A stretch of DNA of 64,000 nt from a bacterium. Lineage in GTDB: Bacteria; Patescibacteriota; Patescibacteriia; SG8-24. The DNA lies in NCBI GenBank assembly GCA_023246195.1, contig JAHFIW010000001.1, positions 974 to 64,973 of the forward strand, given 5' to 3'. Shown here piece after piece: positions 40,665-50,410 of the stretch. A model generated the notes under the pieces. That model worked only from the letters and a program-made list of their open reading frames with translations. It was not told where the DNA came from and made no database searches. Every line of letters starts with the position of its first letter. Position 1 is the first letter of the stretch. Both the position numbers and the translations under genes were made by a program.

Positions 40665-41374
40665 AGGTTGCCAGTGAATGACGATGGGTAGAATCGGATC
40701 AGCCACGTCTGGAAAGCGATGTCGTAGCCGGTAAGAATCAGGATTGCCATGGCGACCACCAGGACGCCAAAGACCTTATTGAGGATCGACTGCCATTTTC
40801 CGAAGGCCCTCAGCTTGCGCTGCAGCGCATTGCCGCCGTAAGCGATACCGAGCATCGGCAGGCCGGCGCCGAGCGCGTAAGCGAATAACAGCAACAACGT
40901 GGTCACGTAATCAGGATTACGGCTGGCGAGCGTGAGAATGGATCCGAGGATGGGGCCGGCGCAAGGCGTCCAAATGAGGCCAAGAGAGGCACCGACAAGC
41001 ACTCCGGACATGGCGTCAGTGCGCTTTGCCGCGTCACCGGACAACCTGCCGCTCCATCGTGCCAAAACCGGCTGCAGTTTCACCATCGCTTTCTCGTAGG
41101 TCTTCTCAAAAAGCAACGCGAGTCCGAAGACCAGCAGCAGTACCACCGCAACCGCGCGCAACGCCGAATTGCTCACGCCTAAGAACGTGCCGAAAGTCGC
41201 CAGCGCCGCACCGACCAGACTGAAGCTGCCCACGAACCCGACGATGATCATCAGCGGACGAAGCTTCGACTTGCCGCCGCTGGTTCCCAGCAGGAACGGC
41301 AACAACGGCAAGATGCAGGGCGCAAGGATAGTGAGGAACCCGGCGGCAATGGCCAGAAAAAATATGCTGTGCAT
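40661..41374 (-). CDS. ccdA: CcdA/DsbD transmembrane disulfide reductase
   Basis: 'LAPCILPLLP', 'WTPCAGPILG'; overlaps the start of the thioredoxin gene. Confidence 0.9.
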   Translation of the reverse strand: MHSIFFLAIAAGFLTILAPCILPLLPFLLGTSGGKSKLRPLMIIVGFVGSFSLVGAALATFGTFLGVSNSALRAVAVVLLLVFGLALLFEKTYEKAMVKLQPVLARWSGRLSGDAAKRTDAMSGVLVGASLGLIWTPCAGPILGSILTLASRNPDYVTTLLLLFAYALGAGLPMLGIAYGGNALQRKLRAFGKWQSILNKVFGVLVVAMAILILTGYDIAFQTWLIRFYPSSFTGNL

Positions 41375-41448
41375 GCGTCATTCTGCGATAAAAAAAATGC
41401 CACTACTTCACGTAAGGCACTATACCACATCGACTGCGGTCATTATCG

Positions 41449-41964
41449 TCACGTCGCCTGCAAATAGCGCGTCGCACCGACGAACAACAGGCCGACGATG
41501 ACGGCCGTGGCTATCCAAGGGATCGGCATCTTGCGCTCGGCATGCTTGTCGGCCCTCCAGGCCAAGACGAGGATGATCAGCATCAGCGCCTTCGAAGCTT
41601 CGCAAAACGGGCAGATGGTGCCCAAATCGCGGACCTCGATAAGCGAAAGGTTGACGCCGAAGACCAGTGAAAAAACGGTGAACGCCTGAATGACGCGATA
41701 CGACTGCGGCAGGAACTTCTTGTAGGCCAGCGCGAAAATCGTGATGAAATAGGCCAGGCCGAGGAAGGACAACGGCACTCCCAGTATTTCGGAATAGATG
41801 CTCTTATTGACGATCTCGCACGACACGCCGGCCCCGAAATTGCAGATCGAACCGTCGGTAACCTTGAAGTGCAGATACGCCAAATAGCCCATGAACGCCA
41901 GGCCAAGGCCGCACAGCACCATGAGCATCTTGTCGATTTTGGTCAACGTGGAGGGAGTTTTCAT
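41449..41964 (-). CDS. Vitamin K epoxide reductase (VKOR) family protein
   Basis: Loop Cys pair 'ICNFGAGVSCEIV', 'S.YS..LGVP', CPFC. Confidence 0.9.
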   Translation of the reverse strand: MKTPSTLTKIDKMLMVLCGLGLAFMGYLAYLHFKVTDGSICNFGAGVSCEIVNKSIYSEILGVPLSFLGLAYFITIFALAYKKFLPQSYRVIQAFTVFSLVFGVNLSLIEVRDLGTICPFCEASKALMLIILVLAWRADKHAERKMPIPWIATAVIVGLLFVGATRYLQAT

Positions 41965-42030
41965 ACGATATGCATCGTCAGCACGATACCACAAAATCAC
42001 GATTTTGTCGAGCTCCCCGACAGCCGGCGC

Positions 42031-42102
42031 TTGCGCCGAGCACAACGGTCGTCTAGGCTGAATTCAGACGCTCATTGACCATTGATGGCCCCGCGCAAGG
42101 AG
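42031..42102 (+). promoter_or_regulatory. Promoter + boxA-like element + SD of the three-gene orphan operon
   Basis: TTGCGC-17-TAGGCT, CGCTCATTGACC, AAGGAG. Confidence 0.6.
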
Positions 42103-42109
42103 ACGAGTC

Positions 42110-42415
42110 TTGAAAGCGAAAAAAATCCTCCTGTACAACAGCACGACGAGCGTGCTGCACGTGCAGGCCTTCGTCGAGGACGGCACGTTCCTGATCATCC
42201 TGTTCCGACAGCTGCCCTTGGGACGATGCAAATCAATCCCGCAAGGCGCAACGGCATCGTATCAGATCAACGAAGCGATTCGGGAATGTCTCTCGGTCGC
42301 GCAACGCCTGAACTACGACGTGCAGAACCGCGCGGGAGAAAGGCTCTTCTCCGAGGCGCATCCCGACAAGAGGCTCGAAGCCATCGTCATCACCATCACG
42401 ACCGAGGGGAACTGA
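42110..42415 (+). CDS. Small hypothetical protein (paralog 1)
   Basis: AAGGAG-N7-TTG start; 'LLYNSTTSVLHV'. Confidence 0.6.
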   Translation: MKAKKILLYNSTTSVLHVQAFVEDGTFLIILFRQLPLGRCKSIPQGATASYQINEAIRECLSVAQRLNYDVQNRAGERLFSEAHPDKRLEAIVITITTEGN

Positions 42416-42744
42416 TGATGCACGTCACCATCGAAAACGCGCTGGACGTGTTCGTGCACGTGCTGGTCTTGCGGCAGATGCCGCTCTCGGTCGAGATCGT
42501 GATTTCTTCCGAGAAGCATTTTTCGCTCCTCGGCGAAATCCTCTTTCAGGAATGTCTGCAACCCGGAAAGGCCCTGGCCCTGCGGAACTTCGATGACCGG
42601 ACCCGGTTCGCCGCCAAGATTCAGGGATTCATCGGATTCACGATCGATGCGACCATGCGCGAAGGACGCGATCAAGAACAAGGCGAATGTTTCACGCTGA
42701 CTCTGCGCGGGCTAAAGCCGGCCGACACCCAAACCGTTCATTAA
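42415..42744 (+). CDS. Small hypothetical protein (paralog 2)
   Basis: TGATG overlap with paralog 1; GAGGGG SD; 'VTIENALDVFVHV', 'FDDRT'. Confidence 0.6.
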   Translation: MMHVTIENALDVFVHVLVLRQMPLSVEIVISSEKHFSLLGEILFQECLQPGKALALRNFDDRTRFAAKIQGFIGFTIDATMREGRDQEQGECFTLTLRGLKPADTQTVH

Positions 42745-42770
42745 AACGACCGCGGAGAAAGGAGACTCTC

Positions 42771-43049
42771 ATGCGATTCTTCGCCATCAACGCGACCGGC
42801 AAGACCGTCCACGTGCGGCTGGACCGTAACGCCGAGGACTCGCTCGTGCTGACGGTCAGCGTGCGAAAGCTGGAGGACCGGCGACGGCCCATTTCGACCT
42901 ACGTGCTGGTAACCAACATGCCGGTGCATATCGCCTACCTTGACGACCGGACGGCGTGCGGGCTTTTGAACCCTGAGGGCCTCAAACTTCAGACGTTCAT
43001 CGACAACGACAAGGACATGATCCTCAAGATCATCGGATTCGTAAACTGA
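42771..43049 (+). CDS. Small hypothetical protein (paralog 3)
   Basis: AAGGAG SD; 'FAINATGKTVHV', 'LDDRT'; terminator 43054-43082. Confidence 0.65.
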   Translation: MRFFAINATGKTVHVRLDRNAEDSLVLTVSVRKLEDRRRPISTYVLVTNMPVHIAYLDDRTACGLLNPEGLKLQTFIDNDKDMILKIIGFVN

Positions 43050-43127
43050 CTGACCGCAGCATCACGCTGCGGCCTTTTTTTTACGCCCGTGAAGCGCTAC
43101 ACTGAACGGACATTCACTTCCACGACC

Positions 43128-44405
43128 ATGTTCGAACACCTTTCCGTCGAAGACCCCGAAATCGCCGATGCCATCCGGGGAGAGATCACCCGCCAAAAGA
43201 ACGGCTTGGAGATGATCGCCTCCGAAAACATCGTCTCGCTTTCGGTGCTTGAAGCGCTGGGCACGCCGCTCACCAACAAGTATTCCGAAGGCTATCCCGG
43301 CAAGCGCTATTACGGCGGCAATGCGTTCATCGACGTCATCGAGAACGCGGCCATCGTGCGCGCACGAAGGCTGTTCGGCGCCGAACATGCCAACGTCCAG
43401 CCGCACTCCGGCTCCGCGGCAAACGCCGCGGCCTATTTCGCGCTCGCCGACCACGGCGACACCATCCTGGCACTCGACCTCGCCCATGGCGGACACCTCA
43501 CTCACGGCAGCGCCGTGAACTTTTCCGGACGGCAGTATCGCATGGTCCACTACGGCGTACGCAAGGACGACGAACGGATCGACATGCGGGAAGTTCGCAT
43601 TTTGGCACTCAAGGAAAGGCCCAAAATCATCGTGGCGGGCTACACCGCCTACTCGCGCCAGCTCGACTTCGCCGCCTTCCGCAAGATTGCCGACGAAGTA
43701 GGAGCCTACCTGATGGTCGACATGGCGCACTTCGCCGGTCTCGTGGCCGCGCGCCTGCATCCTGATCCGATCCCGCACGCGGACGTGGTCACCGCGACGA
43801 CGCACAAGACTTTGCGCGGTCCGCGCGGCGGACTCATCCTCTGCACGTCCGCCGACCGACTCCGCCCCAACGACAAGAAGACCTTGGCCCAGCGCATCGA
43901 CAGCGCCGTGTTCCCCGGCATGCAGGGCGGACCGCTGGATCACGTCATCGCCGCCAAAGCCGTAGCCTTCAAGGAAGCGCTCGACCCCACTTTCGTGGAT
44001 TACCAGCGCCGCACCATCGACAACGCCCGCGCATTGGCCGAGGGCCTGACCAGCCAAGGCTTGCGCATCGTCACCGGCGGCACCGACAACCACCTCGTCC
44101 TGGTCGACCTTTCACCGCTGGGCATAGGCGGCAAGGCGGCCGAAGAAGCGCTGGACGAAGTAGGTATCGCCGCCAACAAGAACCTGATCCCCTTCGACGC
44201 CCGCAAACCCACCGACCCGTCCGGTCTCCGCCTAGGCACTCCCGCACTGACCACCCGCGGCTGCGACGAGGGCGACATGGTGCTGATAGCCGCGATGATC
44301 GGCCGAGTGCTGACCTCGCCAGGTCATGCCGCCATGAAGGCCGACGTGGCGGCGGCGGTCCGTGAACTTGCCGCACGCAGGCCGATATACTCCAGCCTAC
44401 GCTAA
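43128..44405 (+). CDS. glyA: Serine hydroxymethyltransferase
   Basis: 'IASEN', '[15 protein letters not shown]', 'GGHLTHG', '[12 protein letters not shown]'. Confidence 0.98.
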   Translation: MFEHLSVEDPEIADAIRGEITRQKNGLEMIASENIVSLSVLEALGTPLTNKYSEGYPGKRYYGGNAFIDVIENAAIVRARRLFGAEHANVQPHSGSAANAAAYFALADHGDTILALDLAHGGHLTHGSAVNFSGRQYRMVHYGVRKDDERIDMREVRILALKERPKIIVAGYTAYSRQLDFAAFRKIADEVGAYLMVDMAHFAGLVAARLHPDPIPHADVVTATTHKTLRGPRGGLILCTSADRLRPNDKKTLAQRIDSAVFPGMQGGPLDHVIAAKAVAFKEALDPTFVDYQRRTIDNARALAEGLTSQGLRIVTGGTDNHLVLVDLSPLGIGGKAAEEALDEVGIAANKNLIPFDARKPTDPSGLRLGTPALTTRGCDEGDMVLIAAMIGRVLTSPGHAAMKADVAAAVRELAARRPIYSSLR

Positions 44406-44417
44406 TCACCCCCCCAG

Positions 44418-45044
44418 ATGTCCGCAAAGCTGATCGACGGAAAATCCCTTGCCGCCGGCATCATCGCACGCGCCAAGCGCGACTGCGCCGATCTCGGCTA
44501 CTCGCCGACGCTCGCAGCGGTGATCGTCGGCGACGATCCGGCCTCTCAACAATACGTGCGGCTCAAGGAAAAAGCCTGCCGAGAATCCGGCGTGCATTTT
44601 GAGCGCCTGTCATTCGCCGCCGACGCGAAAATCAACTTGGTCGTGCGGGCCGTCGAGAACCTCAACCGCCGCCAGGATGTGGACGGCATCTTGGTGCAAC
44701 TCCCCCTGCCGAACCACCTCGACGAGCGCGTCATCATTCAGACCATCGATCCAGAAAAAGACGCCGACGGCTTCCATCCGAACAACGTGCACGCGCTCGC
44801 GAACGGTTCGCCGCGCCTGGTGCCGGGACTGGCCGCGGGAATTCTGGCGCTCATCAAATCGACGGGCGAATCGCTGCGCGGAAAACGCGCCGTCGTGGTC
44901 GCCAACAGCAAGATATTTTTTGAACCGCTTTCCGTCGTACTCGGCTCCGCCGGCATCGAAGCGAGTTACGCGCGTCCCGACGAGGCCTCGCAGCGAACGC
45001 GCCAGGCGGACATCGTGGTGATGGCCGTCAGCCGACCTGTCTAG
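44418..45044 (+). CDS. folD: FolD, C-terminally truncated (208 aa)
   Basis: 'LIDGK', 'VGDDPAS..YV..K', 'VQLPLP', 'KDADGFHP'; stops at 'DIVVMAVSRPV' before the IDVG/PGGVG region. Confidence 0.8.
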   Translation: MSAKLIDGKSLAAGIIARAKRDCADLGYSPTLAAVIVGDDPASQQYVRLKEKACRESGVHFERLSFAADAKINLVVRAVENLNRRQDVDGILVQLPLPNHLDERVIIQTIDPEKDADGFHPNNVHALANGSPRLVPGLAAGILALIKSTGESLRGKRAVVVANSKIFFEPLSVVLGSAGIEASYARPDEASQRTRQADIVVMAVSRPV

Positions 45045-46195
45045 ATGAGTTTGCCGACCAATCGCGCGAGGGTAAGCAGCGCACCGATCGCGAGCAAGAC
45101 GATGGAAACGTAAGCGACCCAAACGGGCACGCCTAATGGCTTTTCAGTCACCTTGTGCTTTTTGGTGACGGCAACGTACAGCAAAGCCACCATGATGGCG
45201 CTCGTGCCGCTAAAAACCGCCCCCGTGAAGCTGATGACCGTCACGAAGTCCTTCATCCCCAACAGCAACAGCGTGAAAGGCGGCAAGACGGTCAACGACC
45301 ACGACCAAAATCTTGAGAGCTTGTAGTCGTATCGAAAGGTGCTTTGCAAATTGATGGCGCTGGCGAAAAACGCCGCCGTCACGGCCAATAATCCGGCAAT
45401 CGCTCCCGCCACGGCTATGGCAGGACCGAGCACGGACTGCAGGCCCCTCACGGCCTCGGTCGTCGTGGCGCTGCCGGTGACTCCTAACACCGTAAAGCTG
45501 AACGCCGCAATGAGCGTGGCAGCACTGAGCGTCCCCACGATAACGGCCTTTCGATAATGTTCATGCCTGCCCTTAAGGATGTCTTCCATTTCCAAAATGG
45601 CCGGCAAACCGGAAAGCGAGAACAGGAGAATGCCGTACGGCAACAGCAGGTCATGGCCGGAGACAAGCGGAAGGTAGTTGCTCAGGCGAACGTGCGGCGC
45701 GCCCATCAACAGGATGGCGAACATGGTCATGAGCATGCCGGCGGTCACGACGACGTTGATGCGCGTGACGAAGGCCAAGCCGAAATACACCACGCTCGCG
45801 CCCAGCACCGCCCAGATCATTTGATACATGAGAGGAATGCCGCCCAAGTACGGCGAAAGCAGGCTATGCAAGAACGTGCCGCCGACGATCATGTAAGCGA
45901 GCAACGCGCCCCAAAACCCGAGGATGATGGCCGTTGCCGCCACCTTTTTGAAATGGCGTCCGAGATAGCGTTCTACCAGTCCCACCAACCGCAACGGCTC
46001 GGGACAGGCGATGGCGGCTTCGGCATAATACAGGTGCTGCAACAGCTGTACGCCGGCAAGTACTACCAGATAAAAAATCGACGGCAACGAACCGGCTTTG
46101 GAAAAAGCGTAGGGTACGCCAAAAATGCCCACGCCGACTATCGACCCGATGAGCGTGAGGACCGCCGAGCGGTAAGCCTTTCGGTCTGCATTCAT
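45041..46195 (-). CDS. Aromatic amino acid (HAAAP/Trp-Tyr) permease
   Basis: 'LIGSIVGVGIFGVPY', about 11 TM helices; TGCTATACT-N6-ATG promoter. Confidence 0.88.
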   Translation of the reverse strand: MNADRKAYRSAVLTLIGSIVGVGIFGVPYAFSKAGSLPSIFYLVVLAGVQLLQHLYYAEAAIACPEPLRLVGLVERYLGRHFKKVAATAIILGFWGALLAYMIVGGTFLHSLLSPYLGGIPLMYQMIWAVLGASVVYFGLAFVTRINVVVTAGMLMTMFAILLMGAPHVRLSNYLPLVSGHDLLLPYGILLFSLSGLPAILEMEDILKGRHEHYRKAVIVGTLSAATLIAAFSFTVLGVTGSATTTEAVRGLQSVLGPAIAVAGAIAGLLAVTAAFFASAINLQSTFRYDYKLSRFWSWSLTVLPPFTLLLLGMKDFVTVISFTGAVFSGTSAIMVALLYVAVTKKHKVTEKPLGVPVWVAYVSIVLLAIGALLTLARLVGKLI

Positions 46196-46289
46196 TGTCG
46201 CAGTATAGCACGTCGTTCCCATTGACCACCCGCTCTGCCTGGGCATATGCTGACAGCAACGTTCTTTTACCCAAGCACGGAGGTGCAAA

Positions 46290-46901
46290 ATGGGCCTCTT
46301 CAATACCGGAACTGGCGTAGGCCTGCCAATTCTGATGGCTAACGGTTTTTCACCGTTCGCCTTGCCGCTCCATCTGGTGCAACTGGAATACTGGCTGCAC
46401 GGATTTTCGAGCCACGTCATCCCCTTTCGACTGATCGACAACCGCGACGTCAACGCATACGCCCAGCACGTGGCTGATGCGGTCAACGCGCAGTGCGATC
46501 GGCACAAATCGGAGAAGATCAACCTGATGGGAATCAGTCTCGGCGCAGTTGCCGGACTGGCGGCGATCAAACGACTCGGCATCGCCCATCGCGTCGCCAC
46601 CTTCGTGGCCGTCGGCGGACCCATGCTGGGTTCTGACATGGCCTGGGCAGGACTGCCCACCGGCATATTCACGCGCCTCGGCCTGCAGATGCTGCCTGCC
46701 AGCCCCTTCGTGTGCAAGCTCGCGTCGGAGCCGCTGCCTACGGGCCCGCGATATTTGGCGATTGCGGGCTCCAACGACTACATCTGCCCCGTATGGACGG
46801 CGCTCTTTCCGGGCGCGGAAGGCATCGTGCTCAAATTTCATCATTTCGGCACCATCGGCGACCCGAGCATTGTCCGAGCCGTTGTCCCCTATTTGGGCTA
46901 A
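46290..46901 (+). CDS. Alpha/beta hydrolase (lipase/esterase-like)
   Basis: GxSxG 'GISLG', Asp 'NDYI', His 'HHFG'; TTGACC-18-TATGCT, CGTTCTTTTACC, GGAGGT SD, terminator 46906-46931. Confidence 0.82.
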   Translation: MGLFNTGTGVGLPILMANGFSPFALPLHLVQLEYWLHGFSSHVIPFRLIDNRDVNAYAQHVADAVNAQCDRHKSEKINLMGISLGAVAGLAAIKRLGIAHRVATFVAVGGPMLGSDMAWAGLPTGIFTRLGLQMLPASPFVCKLASEPLPTGPRYLAIAGSNDYICPVWTALFPGAEGIVLKFHHFGTIGDPSIVRAVVPYLG

Positions 46902-47016
46902 CGCCAGCCTCCTTAAAAAGGGGGCTTTTTTATTACGGCATGGACGATATTAAGGACATGAGAAATCTCACGGATTTCAATACACAGTTTCTCCACTTAT
47001 CGTCCCATATACCGCA

Positions 47017-47045
47017 TTGAAACAAGCCAACACCTCCAGTACAGT
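47017..47045 (+). promoter_or_regulatory. dnaB promoter (near-leaderless)
   Basis: TTGAAA-17-TACAGT-N9-ATG. Confidence 0.6.
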
Positions 47046-47054
47046 GACTCTGTT

Positions 47055-48491
47055 ATGTCATCTGTCGCACGCATCCCCCCACAGAACATCGAGGCTGAAC
47101 AGTCGTTTTTGGGCGCGCTGCTTATCGAAAAAGACGCCCTGCTTCGCGTGGAAGACATGCTCCGCCCCGAGGACTTCTATCGTCAGGCGCACACCGAAAT
47201 CTACCAAGCCATCCTCGATCTCAGCGAAAAGAAAGAACCGGTCGACATGCTCACGTTAGGCAACAGGCTCAACGAGAAAGGCAAGCTGGAATCCGTCGGC
47301 GGCCGTGCCTATCTCATCGAACTGACCACCGTCGTGCCGACTGCCGCGCACGTGACGCATTACGCCGAGATCGTCCAAAAAAAGGCCACGCTCCGCCGCC
47401 TGCTGACAGCATCGACTGAAATCACCGGCTACGCCTTCGACGAAGACGAGGACATCAACGAGACGCTCAACCGAGCCGAACAAAAACTTTTCGGCATCTC
47501 GCAAAACTACCTCAAGACCAACTTCACTCCCATCAAGGACGCGCTCGACACCGCATTCGAACGCATCGACGAGCTGCATCGCGAACGAGGCAAACTGCGC
47601 GGCATTCCCACGGGTTTCACCGAACTCGACAGCCTCCTCGGAGGGCTGCAACGCTCCGACCTGATCATTCTCGCGGCACGTCCGTCAGTCGGCAAAACGT
47701 CATTCGCCATGGACATCGCGCGCCAGTCGGCCGTGAAGTACAAGATACCGGTTGGCATTTTCTCGTTGGAAATGTCCAAAGAACAGCTGGTCGACCGCAT
47801 GATCTGCGCCGAAGCCGGCGTGGACCTTTGGAAGATGCGTACGGGAAAACTCGTCGATAACGGAGATCAGAACAGCGACTTTGCCCGCATCGCCCAAGCG
47901 TTCGGCAACCTTTCCGAAGCGCCCATCTACATCGACGACACCGCCGCTCTGACCATCACGGAGATCCGAACCAAGGCACGCCGCCTGCAAAAGGACCGCG
48001 GCCTGGGCATGCTGGTCATCGACTACTTGCAGCTCATGGAATCGCGCAGCGGCAACAAGCAGTCCGACAACCGCGTGCAAGAAGTCGCCGAAATCACCCG
48101 TGCGCTCAAAGGTCTGGCGCGCGAACTCAACATTCCGGTACTCGCACTGTCACAGCTGTCCCGTACCACTGAAGCGTCCAAGCCGGCCATCCCCAAACTC
48201 TCTCACCTGCGCGAATCGGGTTCCATCGAGCAAGACGCGGACATCGTCATGTTCATCTACCGAAAAGCCGCCGACAAAAACTACCGTATCGACGAGATCC
48301 CGCTGGACGAGCGCTACGTAGCCGAAGTCCACATCGCAAAACACCGCAACGGGCCGGTCGGCGAAGTAAAATTGTTCTTTGATGAAGCCCGAGCGAGTTT
48401 CCGTAACCTCGACCGCCGCAGCATGCCGCAAGGCGCCCCCGCGCTGTCCACTGCGGCACCGGCCACGGCATCGCATGGGCCGCAATTCTAA
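47055..48491 (+). CDS. dnaB: Replicative DNA helicase
   Basis: 'PPQNIEAEQ', 'ARPSVGKT', 'DYLQLM', 'LRESGSIEQDAD', 'KHRNGP'. Confidence 0.98.
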   Translation: MSSVARIPPQNIEAEQSFLGALLIEKDALLRVEDMLRPEDFYRQAHTEIYQAILDLSEKKEPVDMLTLGNRLNEKGKLESVGGRAYLIELTTVVPTAAHVTHYAEIVQKKATLRRLLTASTEITGYAFDEDEDINETLNRAEQKLFGISQNYLKTNFTPIKDALDTAFERIDELHRERGKLRGIPTGFTELDSLLGGLQRSDLIILAARPSVGKTSFAMDIARQSAVKYKIPVGIFSLEMSKEQLVDRMICAEAGVDLWKMRTGKLVDNGDQNSDFARIAQAFGNLSEAPIYIDDTAALTITEIRTKARRLQKDRGLGMLVIDYLQLMESRSGNKQSDNRVQEVAEITRALKGLARELNIPVLALSQLSRTTEASKPAIPKLSHLRESGSIEQDADIVMFIYRKAADKNYRIDEIPLDERYVAEVHIAKHRNGPVGEVKLFFDEARASFRNLDRRSMPQGAPALSTAAPATASHGPQF

Positions 48492-48512
48492 ATTCCCGAC
48501 TTCCTCACACTT

Positions 48513-48800
48513 ATGTTCGAAAAACTCAAGCAATTCAAGGATCTCCGCAGCAAAGCCAAAGAAATCCAGTCTACGCTCGCCACCGAGAAGGTCGAGGGCC
48601 TCGGCGGATGGAACAAGGTCAAAATCGAAATGGACGGCAACCAGAACGTCACCTCGGTCTCCATTGCCGACGACATCCTTGGCGACAAGGCAAAGATTCA
48701 GGATGGCGTGCGCGAGGCCGTGAACGATGCCGTGAAGAAGGCCCAGCGCAAGATGATGGAAAAGATGAAAGACATGGGGGCGCTGCCGGGCGTGAGCTAA
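48513..48800 (+). CDS. ybaB: YbaB/EbfC nucleoid-associated protein
   Basis: 'VKIEMDGNQNV.SV.I', 'AVNDAVKK'; upstream of recR. Confidence 0.9.
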   Translation: MFEKLKQFKDLRSKAKEIQSTLATEKVEGLGGWNKVKIEMDGNQNVTSVSIADDILGDKAKIQDGVREAVNDAVKKAQRKMMEKMKDMGALPGVS

Positions 48801-48930
48801 CCAAGCTCTGGGCTCGCGAGCCCGTAAATGGCGACGCGGTCCATCCGGGCGCGTTTGTGGCGATGACGTCTCGCTACCGCGCGCCACCGAGAACGAGCCG
48901 TACAGCGCACCCAGAATCAGACACGCACGC

Positions 48931-49563
48931 ATGCCAAAATTTCCAAAGACAATCGAAGACCTCATCGTGCAGCTGGGAACGCTGCCCGGCGTCGGCCCCA
49001 AGACGGCTGAACGCTATGCTTTTTCTTTGTTGAAGCGTTCTCGCCTGGAGCGCGAACGGCTGGCGCAAGCCATCACCGCCCCCGACCAGACGCTGACCAC
49101 CTGCTCCACTTGCCGCAACTACACCGAGGCTGACCCCTGTATCATTTGCGGCGACGTAAAGCGTGATCGTGAGGTGATTTGCGTCGTGGCCAATGAGCAG
49201 GACCTGTTGGCCTTGGAGCACACCGGCGAGCATCGCGGACTGTATCACATTTTGGGCGGCACGTTGTCGCCGGCGGACGGCATCACTCCCCGAGAGCTGA
49301 CTGTTCGCGAACTGGTGGAGCGGGTCCGCCTCACCAAACCTCGCGAAGTCATCCTGGCTTTTGACCCGACCATCGAAGGCGAATCGACCACCCTGTACGT
49401 TTCGCGGCTGCTGGCGCCATTCGAGGTGCAGCTCACCAGGCTGGCGCGCGGCCTGCCCATCGGCAGCGAACTCGGCTATGCCGACGAAGTCACCCTCACC
49501 GACGCCATCAAGGGACGACGCGTGTTATCCCCGGAGCGCGTCACCGAACCGACCCCGTTTTAA
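48931..49563 (+). CDS. recR: Recombination mediator RecR
   Basis: 'LPGVGPKTAER', C4 zinc finger, 'YHILGG', 'EGEST', 'LARGLP'. Confidence 0.97.
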   Translation: MPKFPKTIEDLIVQLGTLPGVGPKTAERYAFSLLKRSRLERERLAQAITAPDQTLTTCSTCRNYTEADPCIICGDVKRDREVICVVANEQDLLALEHTGEHRGLYHILGGTLSPADGITPRELTVRELVERVRLTKPREVILAFDPTIEGESTTLYVSRLLAPFEVQLTRLARGLPIGSELGYADEVTLTDAIKGRRVLSPERVTEPTPF

Positions 49564-49671
49564 GCCCCCGCCCATGCCGGGGGTTGCTTTTTTCCGCAGG
49601 TCATGACGAAATGAATCTAAAGATGCCCTAGGCGTCACCGTTCCTTTAACCCGAACCGAAGGAGAGCTATC

Positions 49672-50343
49672 GTGCTTGAACCGCTGCTACACGAAAAGCT
49701 TCGACCGTTCTTCGATCGGCTCGTCAATGTCACCGTCGAGGTCCAAAATCATGGTGCCGACGGCGGCGCCAACGTTGGATCCGGAGCGGTGATCACCGAA
49801 TGCGGACTGATCATCACCGCCGCGCACGTCGTCAAGCGCTCGCGCGTGGTCATCGTGCGCCGCCTGCGTCTGGAGAAGAAGCGCTGGCGCATGCGCGCCT
49901 ACGGCAAATACAAGGCCGATGTCATCTACCGCGACAACCGCACGGATATCGCCGTGCTCAAGCTGCGCCAACCGCCCGAGGGCCTCAAGGCCGTCGTGCT
50001 GGGCAACAGCGACGCGGTGAAGGTGGGCTGGCCGCTGTACCGCGTGGGCCGCGACCGCATTCCGCTCGGTGCCGGCTACGTCATCCGGATCGTGCCGTAT
50101 CGCCGGCGAATGAAGGAGTTCTACGTTGGCATGGACGCGAATCTCGCGGCCAGCGGCGGACCGGTCTGCAACGATTCCGCAGAACTCGTCGGCATCTGCC
50201 TGGAATCCGAAAAGTGCGACAACCTTCCACCTGCGGCCTTCGCGCTGACGATGGCCGACATCCGGCACCGCGTCCTGCGCCGCAAAGAAATCCGCGAGTG
50301 CCTCGACCCCGAGACCGCGGACAAAATCTGCGGCCCGCCCTGA
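49672..50343 (+). CDS. Trypsin-like (S1C) serine protease, cytoplasmic, divergent
   Basis: 'GSGAVI', 'TAAHVV', 'DIAVL', 'ASGGP'; AAGGAG SD; terminator 50344-50368. Confidence 0.8.
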   Translation: MLEPLLHEKLRPFFDRLVNVTVEVQNHGADGGANVGSGAVITECGLIITAAHVVKRSRVVIVRRLRLEKKRWRMRAYGKYKADVIYRDNRTDIAVLKLRQPPEGLKAVVLGNSDAVKVGWPLYRVGRDRIPLGAGYVIRIVPYRRRMKEFYVGMDANLAASGGPVCNDSAELVGICLESEKCDNLPPAAFALTMADIRHRVLRRKEIRECLDPETADKICGPP

Positions 50344-50410
50344 CCCGTCATTCTTGACGGGTTTTTTCTTGTACGAAAAATCCGCCCCTTTCGGAACGGA
50401 TTTTTCTGGC

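Noticed and set aside
48801-48930. SRP RNA (ffs/scr) near ybaB-recR
   Set aside because: The conserved domain IV CAGG...GNRA...AGCAG motif was not found on either strand.
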